From NCBI GenBank assembly GCA_020428015.1, contig JAGQNQ010000002.1:1-52556 (forward strand): a stretch of DNA of 52,556 bases, given 5' to 3'. Positions within the stretch are counted from its first letter, which is position 1. The number at the start of each line of letters is the position of its first letter. Below, in pieces: positions 9,818-17,419 of the stretch. The stretch is from Candidatus Saccharimonadota bacterium (GTDB lineage Bacteria; Patescibacteriota; Saccharimonadia; Saccharimonadales; SZUA-47). Position numbers and translations under genes: made by a program. The notes under the pieces were generated by a model. The model saw only the letters and a program-made list of their open reading frames with translations. It had not been told where the DNA came from and made no database searches.

Positions 9818-9872
9818 ATATACAGAATATTACTTACTTCCCTACCATCATATCACGAATTGACTTTACAAA

Positions 9873-9916
9873 GTGTAGTTACTTGGAGTACACTTCTAGG
9901 AGCACTGTAACTACAC
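9873..9916. promoter_or_regulatory. 10-bp inverted repeat in the hxlR / FMN-reductase divergent intergenic region (candidate operator)
   Basis: gtgtagttac (9873-9882) and gtaactacac (9907-9916) are perfect reverse complements. Confidence 0.4.
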
Positions 9917-10006
9917 AATGTATAGTGACAGAAAAGAGTACGTTTCTATTAAAATCAATGGATCAATCAATTATTAAAAAATAATTTATAGGAGGCCCTA
10001 CCCCGT

Positions 10007-10549
10007 ATGTCAAAGTTAAAAATCATCGTTGGATCAATTCGTGAAAACCGAAATGCACGTACCGTTGCAGACTGGCTTGTTTCGCAAGCGAAGGATGCTG
10101 GCTACGATCTAGAAATACTTGACCTAAAAGAAATTGATTTGCCAAAGTTTAACTCTCCAATATCCCCAATGTACGCAAGCGTGGATACGCCGGAAGCAAA
10201 GGCATGGGCGAGCCAAATTGACGATGCGGACGGCATTGTCTTCTTGACATCCGAATATAACCGCAGCATCCCAGCATCACTTAAGGATGCCATAGATTAC
10301 CTTTATGGGGAATGGAACGATAAAAAAGTAAGTATTGTTAGCTACGGCTGGACTGATGGCGGTGGCAGTGCAACCAAGCACCTGACAGATATTCTGAATT
10401 GGGTTAAAACACAGATTGTCGGTCCTGAAGTAGCGATACCTTTTACCGGTGCAACATTTGCCGAAGACGGTAGTTTTAACGACATTGATGCCACTTTGGG
10501 CGGTGTTAAGGACGACTTTCTTATTCAGCTTAAAGCGCTCAGTGAATAG
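10007..10549 (+). CDS. NAD(P)H-dependent FMN reductase family oxidoreductase
   Basis: Flavodoxin-like fold: KIIVGSIRENRNARTVADW...FLTSEYNRSIPASLKDAIDY. Confidence 0.8.
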   Translation: MSKLKIIVGSIRENRNARTVADWLVSQAKDAGYDLEILDLKEIDLPKFNSPISPMYASVDTPEAKAWASQIDDADGIVFLTSEYNRSIPASLKDAIDYLYGEWNDKKVSIVSYGWTDGGGSATKHLTDILNWVKTQIVGPEVAIPFTGATFAEDGSFNDIDATLGGVKDDFLIQLKALSE

Positions 10550-10558
10550 TCTCTATCT

Positions 10559-11530
10559 CTAGCCTTGCTTGATCAAGAAGCCCATGTAGGCAAAGTAAGC
10601 AAGAACAAATACCAGTCCTTCGATACGATTGAGTCGGTGGCGGCCGTTCACGAACATGAAAATAAACAGCCCGAGGGTTGCTGCTACGCCTACGGCAATA
10701 TCTATTGACCCGTTTGCAGCGACTGGTAGTGGTGCGACACTACTGCTGGCACCAAGGATCCAGAATGTGTTGAATATGTTACTTCCGATAACGTTGCCTA
10801 TTGCTATGTCGTTCTGACCTTTGATAGTAGCAATGAGCGACGTGGCAAGTTCTGGCAGGCTGGTACCAATAGCGACAACAGTGAGGCCGATAAGCGACTG
10901 ACTCAAGCCCGCTTTTTCTGCAATGCCAACAGCGTTGTCAACAAGCAGACTTCCACCCAGGACAAGTAGTCCAAAACCTATGAACGCATATACAACTGAA
11001 AGCGATGTGCTATAAGTCTGAATTTTAGTTGATTCTGCGTTTGCTTTTGCATCTCGATCATTACGAGCTAGACCGAAAATGTAGTACATAAAAATAACAA
11101 ATAACACAAGAAGAGAGACTCCGTCAGTACGTGTGATTGCGTTTGATGGAATATTGTCAAACAAGCTATCGTTGGCCTCTACAAATATGAGCCCCATACC
11201 GGCTAAGGCGAGCGGAATTTCTTTCCAGACAGTGGTGCTTTTTACGATGAGAGGTTGGACCAGTGCGCAAATACCCAGAATCAGTAGGATGTTCGCGATG
11301 TTACTACCAATGACGTTACCGAGCACGATGTCGGTCGAGTTTCTTAGCGCTGCGGTGACGCCTACAGTCAGTTCAGGCATTGACGTACCAAAAGCCACGA
11401 CAGTCAATCCAATGACAAGTGTTGATATATGGAACTTTTTTGCGATTGATGCAGCGCCTTTGACCAAAAAGTCTGCACCAAAAATAAGTGCAACAAACCC
11501 AGCAAGCAAAAAGACAATATTTAAAAACAT
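10559..11530 (-). CDS. Ca2+/Na+ antiporter (CaCA family, YrbG-like)
   Basis: Two alpha-repeats are present: GTSMPELTV...GNVIGSNIANILL and GTSLPELATS...GNVIGSNIFN. Confidence 0.85.
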   Translation of the reverse strand: MFLNIVFLLAGFVALIFGADFLVKGAASIAKKFHISTLVIGLTVVAFGTSMPELTVGVTAALRNSTDIVLGNVIGSNIANILLILGICALVQPLIVKSTTVWKEIPLALAGMGLIFVEANDSLFDNIPSNAITRTDGVSLLVLFVIFMYYIFGLARNDRDAKANAESTKIQTYSTSLSVVYAFIGFGLLVLGGSLLVDNAVGIAEKAGLSQSLIGLTVVAIGTSLPELATSLIATIKGQNDIAIGNVIGSNIFNTFWILGASSSVAPLPVAANGSIDIAVGVAATLGLFIFMFVNGRHRLNRIEGLVFVLAYFAYMGFLIKQG

Positions 11531-11582
11531 CTAGAAACAGTGTAACACTAACAGGAGTATGGAAGTAAAAAACGACTTTTCC

Positions 11583-11658
11583 TGGTGGGGGTACCTGGAC
11601 TTGAACCAGGGACCAATCGGTTATGAGCCGACTGCTCTAACCACTGAGCTATACCCCC
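11583..11658 (-). tRNA. tRNA with CAU anticodon, probably tRNA-Ile2 (lysidine-dependent)
   Basis: Minus strand reads GGGGGTATAGCTCAGTGGTTAGAGCAGTCGGCTCATAACCGATTGGTCCCTGGTTCAAGTCCAGGTACCCCCACCA. It folds into a clean cloverleaf with an encoded CCA. From memory, the D-arm, variable region and T-arm closely resemble E. coli ileX, so the Ile2 versus Met assignment is tentative. Confidence 0.9.
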
Positions 11659-11723
11659 ACACAGGAGAAATCGTCCTTTTATCACAGAATTATAACAATT
11701 TTATGATGTAAACTATAGAGGTT

Positions 11724-12167
11724 ATGGATAGTATACTTGATATCTTCCAAGGCTTCCGCCAAAAACTAGCGACGCGCGGGCTTGATGACCCTCGTCTCTT
11801 TGGACTTGTAGTGCTTGCAATAATTGGCCTCAGCGTCGTCTGGAACGGTGTAAAAGTCGTTCAACAAAACTATACGTTGCTACAAAAAATTACTGTGTTG
11901 AACGAGGAAAATAGGATACTTGAACTCCAAAATAGTAATAAAAATATCCAGAACGATTACTACAAAACTCCGGAGTTTGCAGAATTAAAAGCAAGGCGGG
12001 TAAATGGTAAGGCAGCCCCTGGTGAAGCGGTCTTTACCATATCAGACGAAGTTGCTGAAGCAGCGCTAAAAACACCTGCTGATACCAAAGAAACTTTGCA
12101 GGAGCCCGAAAAACCAACTTATCAGAAAAACTTCGAAGCCTGGATAGATTTCTTCTTTGGCAGCTGA
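11724..12167 (+). CDS. septum-formation-initiator-like protein (FtsB/DivIC-type: TM helix plus coiled coil)
   Basis: 147 aa with one TM helix followed by a heptad-like segment (LLQKITVLNEENRILELQNSNKNIQ). Confidence 0.5.
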   Translation: MDSILDIFQGFRQKLATRGLDDPRLFGLVVLAIIGLSVVWNGVKVVQQNYTLLQKITVLNEENRILELQNSNKNIQNDYYKTPEFAELKARRVNGKAAPGEAVFTISDEVAEAALKTPADTKETLQEPEKPTYQKNFEAWIDFFFGS

Positions 12168-12168
12168 T

Positions 12169-14727
12169 CTACTCGTGATAGATAGCTTTTAACACGTCCA
12201 TGCGTGCTGCTTTGCGAGCAGGCCAAGCTGCAGCGAGAATGCCTGCGAAAATAGCGAGTATGAAGTATATGATGACCTGTCCAGTCGGGAAAACGTAGCC
12301 AGAAATTCCCTGGTCTTTCAATGCTCGCAAAAGTACCCAGGCAAAGAACGCTCCCATTGACACGCCAAGTACCGCACCGAATAGTGCAATGATGATTGAT
12401 TCGTAGCGTATCATGCGGCGCATTTGACTGCGCACCATACCGATAGCACGAAGCATGCCAAGCTCCCGTGTACGTTCGCTAATCGAAAGCATCAAGGTAT
12501 TGGTGATGCCGAGTACGGCGATGATAACCGCAAAGCCAAGTAATCCCCAGAACAATCCTAGAACTTGGTCTATTTGTTTCTCAGCGGTATCAAACAACTC
12601 GCCTTTGTCCTGTACGTCAAGTTGCGGGTAGCCAGCGAGTGCCTTTTCGGCCTCTGTTTTTACCGCTGCTTCATCCTGACCATCTGCTATGCTTGCGGCA
12701 ATCCAGGTTACGCTGTCGTCTTTCACGGTATCGAGGTAGACGGCGGTGTTTACGATATATTCGGAGTCAAATGGTTCGGTAAAGATTCCTGCGACGGGCA
12801 GTGTTTTTTCGCCTGTTTGAGCGAACTCAAATGTTATCGTGTCACCAGCTTTTACGTTGCTTTTTTTACTAACATTCTCAGAGATTAATACCGCTCCTTT
12901 TGCAAAATCCTTCATAGCTTGTTCAGACGCACCTAGTTTCATCACTTTATCAAGGCTTTCGGAATCCGCTCCGATAAAGAAGTCAAGGATGTCTCCATCA
13001 ACTTTGACGCTCTGGAATGCATAGCGAAATGCCGTCACATCCTCAAGACCCTTGACTTGTTCAAAGTCATTGAGTGCCTCAACACTAATACCAGCCGTTC
13101 CTGGTCCGGCATCGCCAATGTTCGTCGACTGTATTATTAGATCAGCAGGGAAACTGTCTGCAAGCAGACGAGTGATTTCAGATTTAAACGTCGTTGCCAT
13201 GACAGATAGCATGGTGACGAGCGAAACACCAATCATGAGTGCAGCTGCGGTTGATGCCGTTCTTCGTGGTGTGCGACGAGCATTATCACGGGCAAGTCGT
13301 GCTGGGATTCCTCGTGTCTTAACAAGTGGCCAGCCGACCAGTCTTGCAATCGGAACCGATAGAAGCGGCGCCACAATAGATACGCCAATGAACATTGCAA
13401 AAACACCAAAGCCTACGAGGTAAATTGGCTGTTCAAGTGAGCCGTTGAGTCCGTATGCTAGAGCACCAGCACCAAAAACAGTTATTAGAGTACCAATAAG
13501 CCCTCGTTTGAAAAGAGATTTTCGTTTTCGTCCACCACCCTCGTTCTCTTGTAGCGCTTCGACGGGCGACACTCGGGATGCTTTGATCGCAGGAAGTAGT
13601 GCTGAAACAAGCGTAACAACTACACCAACCAGGATAGACACAATAATAGTGCGCGGCTCGACCGTTAATGGCCCTTTTGGCAAACTAAACCCAACTACAT
13701 TCATGAGATTACGAACGCCGCTAGAGACAAGCATACCCATAAAAATACCTGCTATCGAAGACAAGATAGATACAGCAAGTGCCTCGTAGATAACCAGTCG
13801 TACAACTTGTACTTTGGTCGCGCCCATGGCACGTAGGAGGGCAAGCTCCTTAGCTCGTTGTGCGACTATTATGCGGAACGTGTTCTGAATGATGAACGAA
13901 CCAACAAAAATTGCAATGCCGGCAAAAGCAAGAAGTGCGGTGTTAATGAATCCAAGCCCTTCGTTTATTTCCGAAACACTTTCGTTCGTTTGCTCTTGTC
14001 CGGTGATTGCTTCAACTTCTTCAGGTAATTTTGAATCAATTCGGTCTCGAAGCTCTTCAGGGCTAATGCCGCTTTGCGCTTTAACACTTATTTCGCTGAG
14101 CTTTCCAGGCAAATTGAAGAGTTCTTGGGCTTGTGCGAGCGAGAATACTGCCAAGGTTGCTCCACCCAAACCATCAGACTCACCAAAGGTTGCGACACCA
14201 ACTATTTTGAACTCTTGAGCAGGCTTCAAGGTAACAATCTTTACCGTGTCGCCTACTTTGAAGTCATTTTTATCGGCAGTGGCTTTGTCGACTAGCACTT
14301 CACCGTTTGCTTCTGGTGCCCGACCGCCCTCAACGATACGTAAAACGTTCAAGCCTGACTCTTCAGCCCAAGACGCACCAATGGTTGGTGGTCCTTGTCC
14401 TCCGATTGGGTTACCGTCAGCATCAAGAAATTGAGCAACACCACCAGCACCACCAGCAGCAGCACTGACACCATCAACGGACTTCACAATGTCCAGGACA
14501 CTTTCGTCAAAGGATAGTGCGCCAACTCCGAATTCAGGTTTTGCAGGCCGTACACTTACATCAATGCCAGCGTAGACGTCCTTGAACAAGTTATCGAATG
14601 TACTGCCGATACTGTCCGTAAAGATGTAAGTACCAGCAACAAAACTAACGCCGAGAATAATTGAGAATCCAGTCAGGAACATACGGAGCTTATGCCCCAG
14701 CAGATTTTTGAGAGCTGCTTTAAACAT
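12169..14727 (-). CDS. ABC transporter permease with two FtsX-type domains (MacB-like)
   Basis: 852 aa. Each half has a TM helix, a large extracytoplasmic domain and a 3-TM FtsX module. It sits downstream of the matching ATPase gene. Confidence 0.85.
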   Translation of the reverse strand: MFKAALKNLLGHKLRMFLTGFSIILGVSFVAGTYIFTDSIGSTFDNLFKDVYAGIDVSVRPAKPEFGVGALSFDESVLDIVKSVDGVSAAAGGAGGVAQFLDADGNPIGGQGPPTIGASWAEESGLNVLRIVEGGRAPEANGEVLVDKATADKNDFKVGDTVKIVTLKPAQEFKIVGVATFGESDGLGGATLAVFSLAQAQELFNLPGKLSEISVKAQSGISPEELRDRIDSKLPEEVEAITGQEQTNESVSEINEGLGFINTALLAFAGIAIFVGSFIIQNTFRIIVAQRAKELALLRAMGATKVQVVRLVIYEALAVSILSSIAGIFMGMLVSSGVRNLMNVVGFSLPKGPLTVEPRTIIVSILVGVVVTLVSALLPAIKASRVSPVEALQENEGGGRKRKSLFKRGLIGTLITVFGAGALAYGLNGSLEQPIYLVGFGVFAMFIGVSIVAPLLSVPIARLVGWPLVKTRGIPARLARDNARRTPRRTASTAAALMIGVSLVTMLSVMATTFKSEITRLLADSFPADLIIQSTNIGDAGPGTAGISVEALNDFEQVKGLEDVTAFRYAFQSVKVDGDILDFFIGADSESLDKVMKLGASEQAMKDFAKGAVLISENVSKKSNVKAGDTITFEFAQTGEKTLPVAGIFTEPFDSEYIVNTAVYLDTVKDDSVTWIAASIADGQDEAAVKTEAEKALAGYPQLDVQDKGELFDTAEKQIDQVLGLFWGLLGFAVIIAVLGITNTLMLSISERTRELGMLRAIGMVRSQMRRMIRYESIIIALFGAVLGVSMGAFFAWVLLRALKDQGISGYVFPTGQVIIYFILAIFAGILAAAWPARKAARMDVLKAIYHE

Positions 14728-14742
14728 GATTGGCCCTCCTTT

Positions 14743-15516
14743 TTAAGATCCAAATTTCTTGAAATATTGTAGGATTTTGTCGACGGTCGGTTTTTGTATT
14801 TCGTCAACTATCTTTCCGTCTCTGAGCATTACGACTCGATCAGCGTAGGCCGCAGCGTTTGGATCATGTGTCACCATTACGATAGCCTGTCCGTATTCGC
14901 TAGCGGCTTTTCTCAAAAACATCAATAGGTCTTGTGCAGATTTTGAGTCAAGGTTACCGCTTGGTTCATCTGCGAAAATAATGTCAGGACGTGCAACGAG
15001 TGCGCGTGCAACAGCAACACGTTGTTGTTGACCACCAGATAACTCACTTGGGATGTGGTCTAGTCGATCGCTCAGGCCAAGCAGCCCTACAAGGTCCTTA
15101 AACCATTTCGTGTCGTATTTTTTGCCAGCGATAGTTGATGGAAGGAGCATGTTTTCTTTAGAAGTTAGGGTTGGGACTAGGTTAAAGCTTTGAAAAATAA
15201 ACCCAACACGTTTTCGGCGCAACATGGTGAGCGCCTTGTCCTTCGCTTTTCCAAGGTCAGTTCCTCCAACCTCAGCGACACCGCTACTTAAGCGATCAAG
15301 CCCCGCTGCACAGTGGAGCAGGGTCGACTTACCAGAACCGCTCGGACCCATGATGGCGGTGAACACTCCTTTTTCAAATTCAATACTCACGCCGTTGAGT
15401 GCGCGGACCTCTGTGTCACCCTTACCATATATTTTGAAGGCATCAGTTACGGATGCTACGACATTTTTTTTCGCTGCTTTTGTTTGTTTTTCGGCTTTTT
15501 GCTTAGTTGCTGGCAT
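14743..15516 (-). CDS. ABC transporter ATP-binding protein (MacB/LolD type)
   Basis: Walker A GPSGSGKST, signature LSGGQQQRVAVARAL and Walker B IIFADEP. It has a lysine-rich N-terminal extension. Confidence 0.9.
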   Translation of the reverse strand: MPATKQKAEKQTKAAKKNVVASVTDAFKIYGKGDTEVRALNGVSIEFEKGVFTAIMGPSGSGKSTLLHCAAGLDRLSSGVAEVGGTDLGKAKDKALTMLRRKRVGFIFQSFNLVPTLTSKENMLLPSTIAGKKYDTKWFKDLVGLLGLSDRLDHIPSELSGGQQQRVAVARALVARPDIIFADEPSGNLDSKSAQDLLMFLRKAASEYGQAIVMVTHDPNAAAYADRVVMLRDGKIVDEIQKPTVDKILQYFKKFGS

Positions 15517-15628
15517 AAAGAATCTCCCTTTCTACGTATCAGTATACGCTTTCACCGCATGGTCTGTCATGTAGGCGATAAGAGATAGCTGTTGAATGTT
15601 TAATGTAAATAATTTACAATAAAGCGCT

Positions 15629-15892
15629 ATGAGTACTAGATATTTTATTGACGTTCGAGAACCATATGAATATGCCCGCGACCATGTAGACGGTGCAATT
15701 AACCTGCCGCCAGCCGACCTTGTGGCAGGGGCTAAAATTCTAGCGGATATTCCAAAGGATACGGAGTTAGTGCTGTATTGTCTTAGCGGTGCACGCTCAA
15801 ATGCCAGCATGCATTATCTGAAACGACTCGGGTATACCAACCTCGTGAACGGTATCAACAAAGACCATATTCGCCGAAAATACAAAGTCTAG
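15629..15892 (+). CDS. rhodanese-like domain protein
   Basis: 87 aa with the active-site loop YCLSGARS and the motif DVREPYEYARDHVDGAINLP. Confidence 0.8.
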   Translation: MSTRYFIDVREPYEYARDHVDGAINLPPADLVAGAKILADIPKDTELVLYCLSGARSNASMHYLKRLGYTNLVNGINKDHIRRKYKV

Positions 15893-16185
15893 TTCGTCGC
15901 AATGAACTGCGCAGCGTCAAGTAGATCTTTCGCTACATTGGTTGCGTTCGGAGTCTCACTAGCCGTACCTGTTAGTACTTAGATCGTTTTGGTGCCCGCG
16001 TTGATTTGCTATCGCAGTCTAGAAAAATTGCTTTTATCACTTGAGTTAATGATAGTACTTTATTTTGCGGGCTTTCGCGCCCAGACCCACGCCATACTTT
16101 TGACTACAGTCTCAAAACCGGGGTTCCCCGCAAAACCTGTTTTGTGGGGTGGAGTGTTTGCAAAAAGTCCGCGGCCTGGGAATTA

Positions 16186-16210
16186 ACAAAATAGCCGGCG
16201 AACCGGCTAT
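16186..16210 (-). terminator. rho-independent terminator just after the tRNA-fMet-3'-like segment of unit 5
   Basis: Minus strand reads ATAGCCGG-TTCG-CCGGCTAT followed by TTTTGT. Confidence 0.6.
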
Positions 16211-16221
16211 AAATTCTATCT

Positions 16222-16312
16222 TGGTAGCGGGTCCGCCAGCTGGCGGAAGGACTCGTCTATAAATGTTCGCTCGGTAACGTGCGAAACGCACGCTCGCTCA
16301 GCCAAGCAAAGA
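16222..16312 (-). repeat. tRNA-fMet-3'-end-terminated repeat unit (copy disrupted by a 16-nt palindrome)
   Basis: Minus strand reads TCTTTGCTTGGCTGAGCGAGCGTGCGTTTCGCACGTTACCGAGCGAACATTTATAGACGAGTCCT[TCCGCCAGCTGGCGGA]CCCGCTACCA. It is about 90 percent identical to 16948-17025. Confidence 0.7.
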
Positions 16313-16321
16313 CTCCCGTCT

Positions 16322-16651
16322 TTATCTAACGACCGTGCGTAAAAGTCCAAGATTTCCAGCAAATGAAAAAGTTCTTCCGTCGTCTGTTACTATAGTGCTG
16401 CCCGGTTCAAGGTGTGTTAGAGAACAGCTGTCATCTATATATACTCCATCGCCAGAAACTACTTCATAACGATGTCTTCCGCCACGCCAAGTTTCACAAA
16501 AGCGCTCTGCGGTTAGCTGTGAATACCAGACAATTCCTTCACCGGTTTCGGGATCTCTTAACCAGCATTCCTCATCAAGATTCACTTGGGGCATATTTGA
16601 GTAAGGCATTCCCAAATCTAATTTTTTAGGTATAAGTCCTTCTCCTGCCAT
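16322..16651 (-). CDS. hypothetical 109-aa protein embedded in the tRNA-fMet repeat array
   Basis: The ORF has an AGAAAGAGAG RBS-like stretch and its own TTGTAC-18-TATAAT promoter. I recognise no family. Confidence 0.4.
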   Translation of the reverse strand: MAGEGLIPKKLDLGMPYSNMPQVNLDEECWLRDPETGEGIVWYSQLTAERFCETWRGGRHRYEVVSGDGVYIDDSCSLTHLEPGSTIVTDDGRTFSFAGNLGLLRTVVR

Positions 16652-16691
16652 GTCTACTCTCTTTCTGTTAGCGGCTAAACTCTATAAATTA

Positions 16692-16721
16692 ATTATATAA
16701 CAAATATATAAATGTGTACAA
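16692..16721 (-). promoter_or_regulatory. candidate promoter for the 109-aa ORF
   Basis: On the minus strand: TTGTAC (16716-16721), an 18-nt spacer, then TATAAT (16692-16697). Confidence 0.4.
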
Positions 16722-16733
16722 TATATATTTATA

Positions 16734-16782
16734 GGGTAGGACTCGCCCACATTCTGCGGGCCTGAAAGTAGCGGGGGTAGGA
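16734..16782 (-). repeat. two permuted fragments of the tRNA-fMet 3' end flanking a 22-nt hairpin module
   Basis: Minus strand reads TCCTACCCCCGCTAC-TTTCAGGCCCGCAGAATGTGGG-CGAGTCCTACCC. The same 22-nt module occurs next to the Met-tRNA 3' copy at 24404-24425. Confidence 0.6.
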
Positions 16783-16912
16783 ATATAACTTCGCTGCAGA
16801 GCAGCTTAGTATATAATCCGCCCATTTTACGCCTTCGGCTAGGGGGATTATCGTACCTTCGCTCTCCGCCAGCTGGCGGATCGCTATACGGTTCTCGCCC
16901 TGCGCCGATACA

Positions 16913-16941
16913 AGAAAAAACAGCCACGATGTGTGACTGTC
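16913..16941 (-). terminator. rho-independent terminator after repeat unit 2
   Basis: Minus strand reads ACAGTCAC-ACATC-GTGGCTGT followed by TTTTTT. Confidence 0.6.
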
Positions 16942-16947
16942 TTTTCT

Positions 16948-17087
16948 TGGTAGCGGGGGTAGGACTCGACTATGAATGTTCGCTCGGCAACATGCGTAAC
17001 GCATGCTCGCTCAGCCAAGCAAGGATTCCTCAATATGCCACTGGCATATTTCGCCTATCGGTTCTCGTCCAACACCGAAACATGAAA
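16948..17087 (-). repeat. tRNA-fMet-3'-end-terminated repeat unit 2
   Basis: Positions 16948-16969 are identical to the tRNA 3' end at 17118-17139 (tggtagcgggggtaggactcga). The body carries the GGCGAA-hairpin-TGAG-nnn-TCCTTGCTTGGCTGAGC module, which is also present at the tRNA-Lys locus. Confidence 0.7.
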
Positions 17088-17111
17088 AAGGCCCTACACA
17101 AGGTAGGGCTC
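17084..17111 (-). terminator. rho-independent terminator of tRNA-fMet
   Basis: Minus strand reads GCCCTAC-CTTGT-GTAGGGC followed by CTTTTTC. Confidence 0.7.
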
Positions 17112-17117
17112 TTTTCA

Positions 17118-17192
17118 TGGTAGCGGGGGTAGGACTCGAACCTACGACCTTGTGGTTATGAGCCACACGAGCTGCCTCTGCTCCACCCCGCG
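17118..17192 (-). tRNA. initiator tRNA-fMet (CAU)
   Basis: Minus strand reads CGCGGGGTGGAGCAGAGGCAGCTCGTGTGGCTCATAACCACAAGGTCGTAGGTTCGAGTCCTACCCCCGCTACCA. It has the 1:72 C-U mismatch and a CGCGGGG acceptor, as in bacterial initiators. CCA is encoded. Confidence 0.92.
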
Positions 17193-17342
17193 TCGTCGGC
17201 GTGTGATGGCGTTCTCGCCGCACCGCCGATGAAAACAAGTTTCCTCGGACGCTGCTTGCATTCTCGCCAAGCCGCCTCCTCTCATTTTTGCGAATCCCCT
17301 CGCAAAAATGTATGAGCTGCAAAGCTCTGAAGAGTGGTCATT

Positions 17343-17371
17343 ATCATACCAAACAGAGGTAGGAAAGTCAA
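17343..17371 (-). promoter_or_regulatory. sigma70-type promoter about 150 nt upstream of tRNA-fMet
   Basis: On the minus strand: TTGACT (17366-17371), a 17-nt spacer, then TATGAT (17343-17348). Confidence 0.5.
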
Positions 17372-17419
17372 GACTAGGTGTGAGGGTGGTACTATTGATA
17401 TGTAGAAGGAGATGAAAAA

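Noticed and set aside
12565-14434. A series of 60-123-aa plus-strand ORFs.
   Set aside because: All of them lie antisense within the 852-aa FtsX-type permease gene, whose identity is clear. They are shadow ORFs with low-complexity S/P/A-rich translations.
16143-16160. The plus-strand segment TGTGGGGTGGAGTG resembles the 5' end of tRNA-fMet (CGCGGGGTGGAGCA) in inverted orientation.
   Set aside because: Only about 10 of 12 positions match, with no further tRNA structure. A match this short could arise by chance in 52 kb.
16186-17371. Whether the repeated units form a CRISPR array.
   Set aside because: The repeats are 22-90 nt, derived from a tRNA, irregularly spaced (about 170-730 nt apart) and diverged. 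There is no short identical repeat with uniform spacers, and no cas genes are in the window.
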